The notes: generated by a model from the sequence alone, not told the origin. A DNA stretch of 64,000 bases from Candidatus Gottesmanbacteria bacterium (GCA_016195685.1 JACPZE010000020.1:21725-85724), one strand, 5' to 3'; counted from the first letter of the stretch, positions 9,042-19,465 are shown. Made by a program: numbers and translations.

Positions 9042-9677
9042 ATGACCTTAATTTCTTATTTTAGACAGATTGAAATGGTAAACTTTATTTCTCCTTTAAA
9101 TGGCGAAATTAAAGTTGTTGAATTTTTTGGGAAACTCATTTTATATGTAAACGATGCCGAGCAAAGCGGAGGAACAATTGCGGGAATGTGGCAGAAGGCA
9201 GTTAAAAAAGTTCAAAGTTCAAAGTTCAAAGTTCAAAGTTGCTTGATATTGGGTTTGGGAGGAGGAACAGTAATTAAGATACTTCAGAAATATTATCCAG
9301 AAGTTTATATGGATGTTATTGAATTTGATCTTGCAATTATTGATATCGCCAAAAAATATTTTGATATAGGTAAAATTGATAATTTGAATATTATAAATGC
9401 CGATGCTTTTAAGTGGATTAAACAAGTCAGGAACAATTATGACTTGATAATTTTTGATCTTTACGTAGGAAAGACTAATCCCAGAAAATCCAGAACGATA
9501 GATTTTTTAAAGGATCTGAAGAAAATATTAAAAAAGGCAGGAATTATTCTATTTAATGCCCATTACCAAAATGATGAAGGAGAGTATGATAAATTATTAA
9601 AAGATTGTCGCCAAGTATTTACGATTGTTGATTTGATACTTATATATCCATATAGCCGTATCCTGCGATTAAGGTAA
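9042..9677 (+). CDS. spermidine synthase-like (SpeE-fold) SAM-dependent transferase
   Basis: LILGLGGGTV...VIEFD...NADAFKWIK...YDLIIFDLY matches the SpeE/aminopropyltransferase core. It contains a hexamer tandem repeat at 9208-9240. Confidence 0.6.
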   Translation: MTLISYFRQIEMVNFISPLNGEIKVVEFFGKLILYVNDAEQSGGTIAGMWQKAVKKVQSSKFKVQSCLILGLGGGTVIKILQKYYPEVYMDVIEFDLAIIDIAKKYFDIGKIDNLNIINADAFKWIKQVRNNYDLIIFDLYVGKTNPRKSRTIDFLKDLKKILKKAGIILFNAHYQNDEGEYDKLLKDCRQVFTIVDLILIYPYSRILRLR

Positions 9678-9722
9678 AATCCTCTTAAAAATGGTACAAT
9701 TAAGCATAAAACTTTCAGTCAT

Positions 9723-12404
9723 TTGAATTATATGTTTAAGTTTCTTTCCAAATTTTTGGATTCCAACGAAAAAGAATTGAATCGGATGAGGCCGATTATC
9801 GAGCAGATAAACGGGCAGGAACAAGAGATGGCTAAACTCAAAAATGAAGAGTTTGCCGAAAAAACAGCCCAGTTTAAAGAGAAGTTGACAAACGGTGAAT
9901 TGCTGGATGATTTAATCGTTCCTGCTTTTGCCATGGTTAGGGAGGCAGCGAAACGTATCATTGGCGAGCGTCATTTTGATGTCCAACTTATGGCGGCCCT
10001 TACTCTTCATCGTGGAGCAGTTGCTGAGCAAAAAACAGGTGAAGGGAAAACCTTATCAGCCATACCCGCTTTATATTTAAACGCTCTTACTTCCCGAGGG
10101 GTACATCTAGTAACAGTGAATGATTACTTGGCTCGTCGTGATGCAGGCTGGATGGGACCTATTTTTCATCTTTTGGGTCTTACTACTTCTGCCATGATAC
10201 ATGATCAGTCTTTTCTTTTTGACCCAAAATTTACAGATGAGTCAGTCACAGATTGGAGATTAGAGCATCTGAAGCCAATTTCCCGCAGAGAAGCTTATGC
10301 GGCAGATATCACATATGGCATAAATAGCGAATACGGCTTTGATTATCTGCGCGATAATATGGTGTCGGAAGCTTCTCAAATGACACAGCGGGGTTTTCAT
10401 TATGCTATTGTCGATGAGGTTGATTCCGTGCTTATAGATGAGGCCCGTACACCCCATATCATTTCTGCTCCGGACAGCGAACCTACCAAAAAATATTATG
10501 ATTATGCCAAGTTGGTAGAAAGGTTGGAAAGTGAAAAAGATTATGCCATAGATGAAAAGCTTCACACAGCGCATCTGACTGACGCTGGCATTTTGAGCGT
10601 AGAAAAAATGTTGGGTGTAGAAAATCTTTATGAAAAAGATTTTGGAACAGTTCATCATATAGAGGCAGCTTTGAAAGCAAATACACTTTTTAAAAAAGAC
10701 AAGGAATATGTAGTAAAAGATGGACAGGTTATCATAGTAGATGAATTCACGGGAAGATTACTAGCGGGTAGGCGCTTTTCCGAAGGACTCCATCAGGCAA
10801 TTGAGGCAAAAGAAGGTGTAGCCATCCAGCAAGAGTCTCGTACTTTAGCTACAGTATCATTGCAAAACTACTTCAGGATGTATCAAAAACTGGCTGGAAT
10901 GACCGGTACCGCAGCTACAGAAGCAGAAGAATTCCACAAAATTTACAATCTGGATGTGGTGATGATACCCACCAATAAATCTTTGGTCAGAGCAGATTTA
11001 CCTGATCTGGTTTATAAAACCGCCAAAGCCAAATTTAATGCAATAGCAGATGAAATAGCAAAAATAAGTAAAACTGGTCAACCCATCCTGGTAGGCACTA
11101 CTTCTATTGAAAAAAATGAGATGTTATCTGCGATTCTTTATAAAAAAGGGGTGCCACATCAGATGTTAAATGCGAAAAATCACGAGAGAGAAGCAAATAC
11201 CATAGCCGAAGCGGGTAATAAGGGTGCTGTGACAGTAGCAACCAATATGGCAGGTAGAGGAGTAGATATCATACTTGGAGGATCTACCCCAAACAGAAGT
11301 CAGTTAGATAAAAAAGAGTATGAAAAATCTATGAAAGACTGGCAGAAAAATCACGACGAAGTTATTTCATTGGGAGGACTTTTTGTGATGGGTACAGAGC
11401 GGCATGAATCTAGAAGGATAGATAATCAGCTTAGGGGACGAAGCGGAAGGCAGGGGGATCCGGGAGCAACAAGATTTTTTGTAGGATTGGATGATGATAT
11501 CATGCGTCTTTTTGGCGGTGATCAGGTGGCTAAGCTGATGACTATATTTAAACTTCCGGAAGATGTGCCTCTGGAACATGGTATGGTATCCCGAGCTATT
11601 CAGCAAGCTCAGGTGAAAGTGGAAGGATTTCATTTTGACACCAGAAAACATCTAGTGGAATATGATGATGTTTTGAATAAACAGAGGGAAATTATCTACG
11701 GTTTGCGTCGGCAAATTGTGGCAGGGGAAAATCTCAAAGATTTGATATTGGATAAACTTTCCAGCCAAATTACGACTTTGGTTAATATGTATGGGGCAAA
11801 TGGGATAACCACTACCGAAAAAGAGAAAATCATGCAGGAATTTGCTTCCATCATTCCTTTTGACCCGAATTCGCAAAAACATATATTAGGGCAATTGGAA
11901 CAGTTCAGAAATGTAAGCGATGTTACCGATTTTCTTCTGAAAGTTGTCCGAGATATTTACGATCAAAGAGAAAAGGGCTTAGGTCTGGAAGTGATGCGGC
12001 AGATAGAGAAATGGGTAGGATTGTCCGTCGTGGATAATCTTTGGATGGACCACCTGGATGCGATAGATGATCTTCGGGAAGGGATTGGACTTCGCGGTTA
12101 CGGACAGCTAGATCCATTGGTGGAATACAAAAATGAAGCATTTTCCATGTTTGAAAGATTGGTAGCTGGCATAGATTATGAAATTGCTCACCGTATATTT
12201 AAAGTCCAAATACAACTATCGCCGGACCAATTGGTAGCTTTACAAAAGCAGCAACAAACTATTATTTCAAAAGAAGCTGTAAAAGAGAGGACAAAGCCAG
12301 CTGTGCAGCCTTCTGTTGACAAAGAAAAACTCGGCCGCAACGATCCATGCTGGTGCGGAAGTGGAAAAAAGTGGAAACGTTGTCATTATCCGAGCTTATC
12401 CTAG
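9723..12404 (+). CDS. secA: preprotein translocase ATPase SecA
   Basis: Full-length SecA with DEAD-like motor motifs and the C-terminal zinc finger CWCGSGKKWKRCH. Confidence 0.95.
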   Translation: MNYMFKFLSKFLDSNEKELNRMRPIIEQINGQEQEMAKLKNEEFAEKTAQFKEKLTNGELLDDLIVPAFAMVREAAKRIIGERHFDVQLMAALTLHRGAVAEQKTGEGKTLSAIPALYLNALTSRGVHLVTVNDYLARRDAGWMGPIFHLLGLTTSAMIHDQSFLFDPKFTDESVTDWRLEHLKPISRREAYAADITYGINSEYGFDYLRDNMVSEASQMTQRGFHYAIVDEVDSVLIDEARTPHIISAPDSEPTKKYYDYAKLVERLESEKDYAIDEKLHTAHLTDAGILSVEKMLGVENLYEKDFGTVHHIEAALKANTLFKKDKEYVVKDGQVIIVDEFTGRLLAGRRFSEGLHQAIEAKEGVAIQQESRTLATVSLQNYFRMYQKLAGMTGTAATEAEEFHKIYNLDVVMIPTNKSLVRADLPDLVYKTAKAKFNAIADEIAKISKTGQPILVGTTSIEKNEMLSAILYKKGVPHQMLNAKNHEREANTIAEAGNKGAVTVATNMAGRGVDIILGGSTPNRSQLDKKEYEKSMKDWQKNHDEVISLGGLFVMGTERHESRRIDNQLRGRSGRQGDPGATRFFVGLDDDIMRLFGGDQVAKLMTIFKLPEDVPLEHGMVSRAIQQAQVKVEGFHFDTRKHLVEYDDVLNKQREIIYGLRRQIVAGENLKDLILDKLSSQITTLVNMYGANGITTTEKEKIMQEFASIIPFDPNSQKHILGQLEQFRNVSDVTDFLLKVVRDIYDQREKGLGLEVMRQIEKWVGLSVVDNLWMDHLDAIDDLREGIGLRGYGQLDPLVEYKNEAFSMFERLVAGIDYEIAHRIFKVQIQLSPDQLVALQKQQQTIISKEAVKERTKPAVQPSVDKEKLGRNDPCWCGSGKKWKRCHYPSLS

Positions 12405-12415
12405 CCTGAGTAAAT

Positions 12416-13651
12416 TTACACAACTACTTCATTCCCCTGATATTTTCGAAGTCTTGGTACTATTATTGCTATAAGTCCAGCAGATATTATTGCCCCGATT
12501 CCACCTATCACTACAGAAATAGGTGTCCCTACGGCTGCAGCCAATATTCCAGCCTCAGCTTCGCCCAATTGGGGTCCTCCCATGAAAAAGATCATATTGA
12601 TAGAAACCATCCTCCCTCGTATGTAGTCGGGAGTATTTAGTTGCCGCAAAGTATTTCTGATGATTGTACTGACTACATCACTTGCGCCTGCGGCGAATAA
12701 GAAAAATAACGACAGATAGAAAAATTTGGATAACCCAAAAAAGGAAGTAGCTAATCCATAAACCATTACTGTAGATATGAGAATCTTTCCTTGATTTTTG
12801 AAGTGTCCCCAACTAGAAATGATCAATCCAGCAAGGACTCCTCCTACGGATGGTGCAGCGTATAGTAAACCCAATCCCTGTGGACCCACATTGAGTATAT
12901 CTTTGGCAAAGATAGGGAGAAGTGTGGTTGCTGATGAAAAAAATGTGGCAAAGAAATCCAAAAGCATGGTGGAGTAGATAATAGGGGTTCTGATGACAAA
13001 TAATAGTCCTTCTTTTACTTCTGACAGGTCAAAAAGATGAGTTTTTACCATCTTTTGTTGTGTCGAATTCATGGCAAAAAGAGCAAGTATAACGAAGAAA
13101 AAAGCAATGATGTTTATGATATACACGCTTCCTACGCCCAGGAAAGCTATGATAAATCCCGACAAACTGGGTCCGACTACTATAGCTGTTTGCCACATGA
13201 TGGTATTTAGGCTAACTGCGTTCATGAAGTATTTCTGTGGTACCAATGAAGGAAGGATAGCTTGTCTTGACGGTGTATCAAAAGTTGTAGCAAAAGAATT
13301 CAAGGCCAATAGTAAATAAATGATAAGAGGACTGATCATTCCCCCAAATGTACTTATAGCAAGAGTTATAGATACAGCGGTCATGATAAATTGAGCCGCA
13401 ATCATGATCTTTCTTCTGTTATATAGATCTGCAGCCATTCCGCCAAAAAGGGAGAAAAACAATACCGGCAAAAATCTGGCCAGACCTATCAGTCCCAGAG
13501 ACAAAGCAGACTTTGTGAGTAGATACATTTGCCAGGTGACCGCCACCACCTGCATTTCTGAACCGATCCTAGAGACGAGTAGTCCTAGCCACAAAAGACG
13601 ATAATCTCGAAATTTTAGAGCAGAAAAAGGAGACAATTCAGGTTTGATCAT
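12416..13651 (-). CDS. MFS transporter
   Basis: About 12 TM helices with the typical MFS loop motif region. It is convergent with secA. Confidence 0.75.
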   Translation of the reverse strand: MIKPELSPFSALKFRDYRLLWLGLLVSRIGSEMQVVAVTWQMYLLTKSALSLGLIGLARFLPVLFFSLFGGMAADLYNRRKIMIAAQFIMTAVSITLAISTFGGMISPLIIYLLLALNSFATTFDTPSRQAILPSLVPQKYFMNAVSLNTIMWQTAIVVGPSLSGFIIAFLGVGSVYIINIIAFFFVILALFAMNSTQQKMVKTHLFDLSEVKEGLLFVIRTPIIYSTMLLDFFATFFSSATTLLPIFAKDILNVGPQGLGLLYAAPSVGGVLAGLIISSWGHFKNQGKILISTVMVYGLATSFFGLSKFFYLSLFFLFAAGASDVVSTIIRNTLRQLNTPDYIRGRMVSINMIFFMGGPQLGEAEAGILAAAVGTPISVVIGGIGAIISAGLIAIIVPRLRKYQGNEVVV

Positions 13652-13722
13652 AAACGGGGATTAGTTATCAATATAACAAAATTACTCAAGGAGTACAAGA
13701 TTAAGATGATAACCTATAATAC

Positions 13723-13751
13723 TTGACACCATATTTTTGTAGTGGTATAAT
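13723..13751 (+). promoter_or_regulatory. near-consensus sigma70-type promoter
   Basis: TTGACA-N17-TATAAT, lying 36 bp upstream of the 13787 CDS. Confidence 0.5.
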
Positions 13752-13786
13752 CCACAATTAATTAATCTGCCCAAGATTAAATTATT

Positions 13787-14458
13787 ATGAAGCATATTTT
13801 AAGGGCAGTCTTTTTTTTGACTGCGTTGTTCGTAATTTACATCACAAACGTTGTGAAGGTATCTGCAGATGGAATAGACCAAACCAATTGTGTTCCTGTT
13901 TATGGAGGTGGAGTTTCTTGCCCACGTATTGGACAAGTACTCATAAATAAAACAGTCAGAAATCCCTCAACCGGAGTTTTCGTAGACAACCTTGGTCCTT
14001 CTGATCCCAGGTATCATCCCGGAAATCTGGTAACTTTTCATCTAAAAGTCAGTAACAATGGCGACCAAATGCTGGATAAAGTTACAGTAACAGATAAATT
14101 ACCCGATTTCGTAGACTTTACTTCCGGTCCGGGCAATTATGACAATCATTCCAAGACTCTTACATTTGATGTATTGAACCTAGCCGGAGGCACATCTCAG
14201 ACTTTTGAGATAGTAGCCAGAGTAGTCCATGTGGCGGTCCTACCGGCGGATAAATCTATAGTTTGTGAAGTAAATACGGTAGATGCCGTATCGTCTTCTC
14301 AAACTGACCATGACGAAAGCCAATTTTGTATAGAAAAACAGATGGTAGTACCTTCTGCTCCTAGTGCCGGACCGAAAGAATGGATGCTGACTTTCGCTGG
14401 TTTAGGTACAGCTTTGACGATAGGCTTATATTTCAGGAAAAAATCTCATTTGGTATGA
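13787..14458 (+). CDS. secreted DUF11-repeat surface protein with C-terminal TM anchor
   Basis: Signal peptide. The DUF11-like beta-sandwich motif is present (FHLKVSNNGDQMLDKVTVTDKLPDFVDFTSGPG). The C-terminal hydrophobic segment plus RKKSH tail carries no LPXTG. Confidence 0.55.
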   Translation: MKHILRAVFFLTALFVIYITNVVKVSADGIDQTNCVPVYGGGVSCPRIGQVLINKTVRNPSTGVFVDNLGPSDPRYHPGNLVTFHLKVSNNGDQMLDKVTVTDKLPDFVDFTSGPGNYDNHSKTLTFDVLNLAGGTSQTFEIVARVVHVAVLPADKSIVCEVNTVDAVSSSQTDHDESQFCIEKQMVVPSAPSAGPKEWMLTFAGLGTALTIGLYFRKKSHLV

Positions 14459-14539
14459 ATCAGTTTTCTGGCAAAATGAGCCAGAGTATACATATATCCT
14501 CTTGACTCTTTTGCCCAAAGATAAAAGGGGATATTTTTT

Positions 14540-14558
14540 GCACTTTAACAAACGAGAA
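14540..14558. repeat. 19-bp direct repeat copy 1 (GCACTTTAACAAACGAGAA)
   Basis: Exact copy at 15038-15056. The two copies bracket the small - strand gene and its upstream region. Confidence 0.6.
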
Positions 14559-14559
14559 T

Positions 14560-14850
14560 TTAATTTTGAGGTTCGAGGATCGTTTCCAGTTTTTCGAGTC
14601 GATCGTTGATTTGACGATGTGATTCTGAGTGTATTTCTTGCGTTTCCCGCATAGATTTCACTTCACCCATAAGTTCATCCATTTTGGAATAAAATTCATC
14701 TTTTGTGGGTAAGTATTTTATATAGTTTGGGATTTTCTTATCGAGTTCATCATCGACTACTTGTTTGATAAGTTCTTCGAATTTATCGAAATCTTTTTTG
14801 GAAAGCATAAGTTTAATAATATTATCTCGTGAAATTTTAACTGTCAACAA
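14560..14850 (-). CDS. hypothetical small charged/coiled-coil protein
   Basis: 96-aa ORF with no recognisable family. Flanked by 19-bp direct repeats. Confidence 0.35.
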   Translation of the reverse strand: MLTVKISRDNIIKLMLSKKDFDKFEELIKQVVDDELDKKIPNYIKYLPTKDEFYSKMDELMGEVKSMRETQEIHSESHRQINDRLEKLETILEPQN

Positions 14851-15037
14851 TTATTTTGAATCCAGAGTAAAGATTTTCAATTATCAATTGATAATTTTTA
14901 TCCTGAGTTTAAACACTTAGGTATATTTCTGACCTTCCAAACAAATGCGTTTGAGAAAGTTCTGAAAATATAATTCTATCTTCGCGAGTTTAGAAAACTT
15001 CTAATTTAGCAGAGGTTTCTTTGAGCTTGCCGAAGAG

Positions 15038-15056
15038 CACTTTAACAAACGAGAAA
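15038..15056. repeat. 19-bp direct repeat copy 2; also the left inverted-repeat boundary of the GC-rich island
   Basis: Exact copy of 14540-14558. Its 3' part, ACGAGAAAAC, is matched in inverted orientation at 16647-16662 (GTTTTCTCGTTGTTTC). Confidence 0.55.
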
Positions 15057-15254
15057 ACAAATAAGTTTCGCAATTTATTTTTTAAATTTTATTCTCAAAC
15101 CTCCCTCTGACAAGGGCTACATTGGGTATTACTTTTGGTTGTATCCAGCGTAGCCCTTGTTCAACAGAGTTCGAAGAAAGAAAAAACCAACTCATAAACA
15201 TGTGGTGCTTCTATAGCATCGCATGTTTTTTCTCACCGTAGGAGGTATGAGAAA

Positions 15255-16400
15255 ATGAAAAAGTACTTTCTGTTAGTGACGTTGATTGCGCTCGCGTTGA
15301 TGGCGATGGGTTGCTCTCCCCAGGTTTCGGGTTTGCCGGCGCCGGTTCAAACCAGCGTCGCGCAACAACTTGCTGCGACTGCGCAAGCGCCGCAAGGCGG
15401 ACAGCAAACCGCCCCAACTACGGCGGTAGGACCTTCAGGCGCGGCAACGATCACGCCATTCGCCGTCGTGCGCTATCAGACGCCAATCCAGGGTCAAGGT
15501 GATGTTCCGGCGGGAAAAGTATTCTTCGCCATCAAAACCAAAGACCTCGGCAATGGGTTTCAATCCCTGGTTTACGCGACCAATGGCGATGGGTGTGATC
15601 CCAGCCCCTACCAATTCAAACTGGATCAGGAGCCGGGAGCAGACTTGAACGTTCAGTACAGCGATTGTGAACGCGGCGGCGTGACGGGTAAGGGGCGCTT
15701 TGTTCTGACAATCAAAAACAACCCCCCGGGCAATCCGAAAAACGTTCAATTGAACTTTCGCGTTGGCGGCGCCAATGGTGAAATCTCCGTGGACGGCGCC
15801 CCCATGACAGCGTTCACCAAGGATGTTCCGGTCACGCTTGATCCTAGCGCAGAACGCAAGTTCACCGTCAGTATCAACACTGGTGGAAACTTTTTCATCC
15901 AGCGGACGCCAGAACAATTGACGGCGGGCGGCAACTACGAAATGCGCGATGTGGGCGGAAACGGCAAGGTTCTCGTACGGAGTTCGCTCGGCGGACCAAA
16001 CTGCGCATGGAGTGCGGAGTGGAATGTCGAAGCGGATTCTGGAGTACAAGTGGATTGGCCCGTGTGCGTCCAACTGAATTTGACTGGCAAAGGCAACGTC
16101 AAAATCAAAGTCTGGCCGCGTGACAACGAAGGTGGATATAAAGTCGCGAACATTGCGGGGAACGGACTCGCCTTCTGGCCCATGGGGTCGGGAGCAACGA
16201 TGGATGTTCGTCTCAAAAGCGGCACTTTGCAAAGTGGAATTCCGTTGAAGACGGCAGCCGATGGAATTGATTTCCCACTGGCAGGCGGTCCACGCGAATT
16301 CGTCATCCACCTCAACGGCGGCAAAGCAGAAATTCCGCTCGGCATGATCACCCGCGATCTCTCTACACCGGGTAATCCGCTCGTTCTACCGTTGTACTAA
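15255..16400 (+). CDS. lipoprotein of unknown function within a high-GC island
   Basis: Signal peptide with lipobox (LMAMGCS). GC is far above the window background, and the many overlapping ORFs on both strands are typical of high-GC coding DNA. AGGAGG ribosome-binding site upstream. Confidence 0.6.
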   Translation: MKKYFLLVTLIALALMAMGCSPQVSGLPAPVQTSVAQQLAATAQAPQGGQQTAPTTAVGPSGAATITPFAVVRYQTPIQGQGDVPAGKVFFAIKTKDLGNGFQSLVYATNGDGCDPSPYQFKLDQEPGADLNVQYSDCERGGVTGKGRFVLTIKNNPPGNPKNVQLNFRVGGANGEISVDGAPMTAFTKDVPVTLDPSAERKFTVSINTGGNFFIQRTPEQLTAGGNYEMRDVGGNGKVLVRSSLGGPNCAWSAEWNVEADSGVQVDWPVCVQLNLTGKGNVKIKVWPRDNEGGYKVANIAGNGLAFWPMGSGATMDVRLKSGTLQSGIPLKTAADGIDFPLAGGPREFVIHLNGGKAEIPLGMITRDLSTPGNPLVLPLY

Positions 16401-16756
16401 CACTATGGCCACTCTGGTCACCGGAAGAAGGTGATATTTATGAGTGGAATCACTCCCGGACGGGGTCCCCCGAAGTTTAAGCTTTTGACATCGATGCGAA
16501 AGCATCGATAATCCAAGGGCTGTCAAAAGCTGAAGTAGGAGGGATCTCGCCCGATGGAGGGTGAAATTGCGAAACGACGAAACAGTTAGAAGGTTCAAAG
16601 GGTGCTACCTTTGATTTGTGGATTTTTACCACATCCTTTTTTCTGTTGTTTTCTCGTTGTTTCTTTGATCTTACAATGTGGGATTCTGTATAAGCCGAAT
16701 GACAATAATAGTTTGAGATCAGAGAAATAGATAATTAAGGTGAAAAATGCAAAATA

Positions 16757-17563
16757 ATGAAAAAAATTATATACAGCGTATTTTTTCTCTCAGTATTTAT
16801 CATTTTGTGTTTTATATCTCTTTACGGAGTAATAGTTTCTCCTCTTGAATTATCCTATTCCGTGGGAGGTTATCAGATAGCGGCATTTGAAAGGGGATTA
16901 GCCTTCTATCAGCCAAATACTCGTTATTTCTATACTTTTTCTCCTTTTAATGATTACATAGTTGATGTGGATGGAAAAAGAATGCCATTGTATTCCAAGG
17001 ATGACGTTAAACTTGGAAAATACAAAAGTGACCTAGATAAACCTCAATGGGAAAAGATTGTTTCAGTAATATTGAAGTATTTTAATTTGTCATCTCCCGA
17101 AATAAGTTATCAGGGAGAAAAAAATGTTGATTATATTACTACTGTGGATGGGAATAAAGTAATAGTAGACAGATATATTTGGTGGAAAAATAATAATTCG
17201 ATTGTCAATACGGGTACTACTTTAACTTATTATCCAGGAGATTTTATCTTTGATGCCGGCGGCAATCTTTATACTTATCAATCAGAGAAAGAAATAGAAA
17301 GTTTTAAAAAAATTTACGGAGTAGATCTACGTTATGAAACAACAGATCTTCGTGTCAATGTACCTACTCAGTTTCTATTTATCATTAATCCTCAGTTAAG
17401 CGGTGTTATAAAACTTAGTGTAAATGACGGTCAAATGATATGGATAGACAGAAATTCCCGACTGATTGATATAGAGCAGACGATAAAGGAAGTTGAAAAA
17501 TATAAATCATCTGTTACTTTGGAGATATTTGATACGCCGCAAAAGGCGCTTAAATCCATATGA
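16757..17563 (+). CDS. membrane-anchored hypothetical protein
   Basis: N-terminal TM helix. Its stop and the next gene's start overlap as ATGA, suggesting translational coupling. Confidence 0.5.
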   Translation: MKKIIYSVFFLSVFIILCFISLYGVIVSPLELSYSVGGYQIAAFERGLAFYQPNTRYFYTFSPFNDYIVDVDGKRMPLYSKDDVKLGKYKSDLDKPQWEKIVSVILKYFNLSSPEISYQGEKNVDYITTVDGNKVIVDRYIWWKNNNSIVNTGTTLTYYPGDFIFDAGGNLYTYQSEKEIESFKKIYGVDLRYETTDLRVNVPTQFLFIINPQLSGVIKLSVNDGQMIWIDRNSRLIDIEQTIKEVEKYKSSVTLEIFDTPQKALKSI

Positions 17564-19410
17564 TATTTGTTCAATCAGCCATATCAGCAATTGTTTTTTT
17601 CCTCTTGCCGGTTTTAATAGGTGGAGCATTTTTTATCTTGTACAGTAAAAAGACGGAATTACAGATTCCTGTGGTAACTTATTTTATAACAGGGGCTTTA
17701 TACTTATACGGGTGGGCACTTTTTACCAAGTATATTGTTTTATCAATTATTCCCCATTGGCAATTTCAAGCTATTTTTCGCTTGGAACTTATCATTTTCG
17801 GAGTAAGTGCAGTTTTAGTAAACATAGGTAATGAGATCGAAAGGTCGGTAGATTTTATTAAAACTCATATAAAAACAATATTATTTTTGGGTCTTTTAGC
17901 AGGGATAACTTACTTCATCTGGCACCTGAAAACTCCGTATCCTTTAAATTGGGATTTATATGAACACCAGATTTTGGCTAATTTGATCCAAAAAGGAACT
18001 TTCAGTTTCGTTACCTCCCAGATGTCCGATGCATTTACTTTCAACGGTTATTCGTCAATTTTTCAAACACTGATTGCGTCTTCACAGATGTTAGTACCCC
18101 AGATAAATATCATGCAATTCTGGGATTCCATAACATTTATTCATTTATTTTTATGTTTAATTGCTTCGTATTATTTAGCTTTGGTTGTAACTGATAATGA
18201 AGTAATTGCCGGATTTAGTGCAGTTATAGGAGTCTTAGTTTTTGAATCAAACGTGGCGTACACAACTCTATTTTTTATTCCGCAAAACTTAACAGCAGTA
18301 TTATCTATCCTTATTTTTATCCAAATTATTCTTGGTTTTAAACAGAATAGATCTATTCCTTTGCCGATTCTAATATTATCCTGTATTTTTCTATTTTTAA
18401 ATCATTATATTATAGGTACCGCATCCATTTTGCTTCTTGTTTGTGTATACCTTTATTACAAATATAACCTAAGGGTTCATATTTTCCGCTTATTATCCCT
18501 GGGACTTTTTATATTGATCATCTTGGGATTAATCGCCTCATTTGTATCTTTGGGATTTGTCAATAACGGTGAGGCGCAATTTTATAGCTTCGATATCCTT
18601 GACAAATTAAAATTTATGCAAAATGCTTACGGGTTTTCCTTACTTATGTTTTTGCCATTAGGTATTATTGCGTTGTTAAAAGGACATGATATTCATAAAA
18701 AATTAATTCTAATAATATCTATTTGTCTTCTGGGTTTAGTATTATTGAGGTTACCATATAGTCTTAAATTTTATGTATTGACTAGATTTTTTGTGCATGT
18801 GTTGATGGCTATAGGTATATGGAAAATTTTAGTTGCGATCAAAAACTCACTTCTTCGTGATTTAGCTGTAATTATTTTCTTTTTAACATTAATAGTTATT
18901 TTTATAACTAATAATGCGTATTTCAAAAGCATTCTGTTTTATAAAGATAGTTATATCCAGGTGTCCAAAAACGAAATTGATGCTTCAGGCTTTTTAAAAG
19001 AAAAATACTCAAATGAAAACGCTTTATTGATATCTGATCCGGCTACACAAAACATAATGGAAGCGTTATCTTCCGTAAATACTCCAGGAGGAGCCTATAT
19101 GAGTCCGTCTATGCGAAAGCAGTTAAGTTTACTTCATGGGTTGACTAACAGCATAGAGGTAAATCAAGTATTAAATACAATACATGATAATCTTGAACCT
19201 ATACCGAACAAAAGGATATTTGTATTAAGCGGTAGATATTTTTCATGGCAAGATTCTACCGAGGATGAAAAGCAAACTTACTTCTATAACATTTGGGATC
19301 CTACGGATCTATCTTTCTCTGATTTGAAATATATAGATTTATTACAATCCGATAGAAATTTTAATCTAGTATATCTAAATCCGGGAGTCGCTGTTCTAGA
19401 GGTGCGGTAG
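17560..19410 (+). CDS. polytopic membrane protein, GT-C-like glycosyltransferase candidate
   Basis: About 13 TM helices followed by a ~180-aa soluble C-terminal domain. Lies at the head of the glycosylation cluster. Confidence 0.5.
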   Translation: MIFVQSAISAIVFFLLPVLIGGAFFILYSKKTELQIPVVTYFITGALYLYGWALFTKYIVLSIIPHWQFQAIFRLELIIFGVSAVLVNIGNEIERSVDFIKTHIKTILFLGLLAGITYFIWHLKTPYPLNWDLYEHQILANLIQKGTFSFVTSQMSDAFTFNGYSSIFQTLIASSQMLVPQINIMQFWDSITFIHLFLCLIASYYLALVVTDNEVIAGFSAVIGVLVFESNVAYTTLFFIPQNLTAVLSILIFIQIILGFKQNRSIPLPILILSCIFLFLNHYIIGTASILLLVCVYLYYKYNLRVHIFRLLSLGLFILIILGLIASFVSLGFVNNGEAQFYSFDILDKLKFMQNAYGFSLLMFLPLGIIALLKGHDIHKKLILIISICLLGLVLLRLPYSLKFYVLTRFFVHVLMAIGIWKILVAIKNSLLRDLAVIIFFLTLIVIFITNNAYFKSILFYKDSYIQVSKNEIDASGFLKEKYSNENALLISDPATQNIMEALSSVNTPGGAYMSPSMRKQLSLLHGLTNSIEVNQVLNTIHDNLEPIPNKRIFVLSGRYFSWQDSTEDEKQTYFYNIWDPTDLSFSDLKYIDLLQSDRNFNLVYLNPGVAVLEVR

Positions 19411-19465
19411 AAGTTGAAATAACCTATAGTTTATGATATAATCATGCTTTTAGAGCAACAAAATT

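Noticed and set aside
15311-16351. Several long overlapping ORFs on both strands inside the GC-rich island (15311-15502, 15435-16310, 15935-16351, 15746-15934)
   Set aside because: These are expected by-products of high GC content. Only the 15255-16400 frame has a ribosome-binding site, a signal peptide/lipobox and a protein-like composition.
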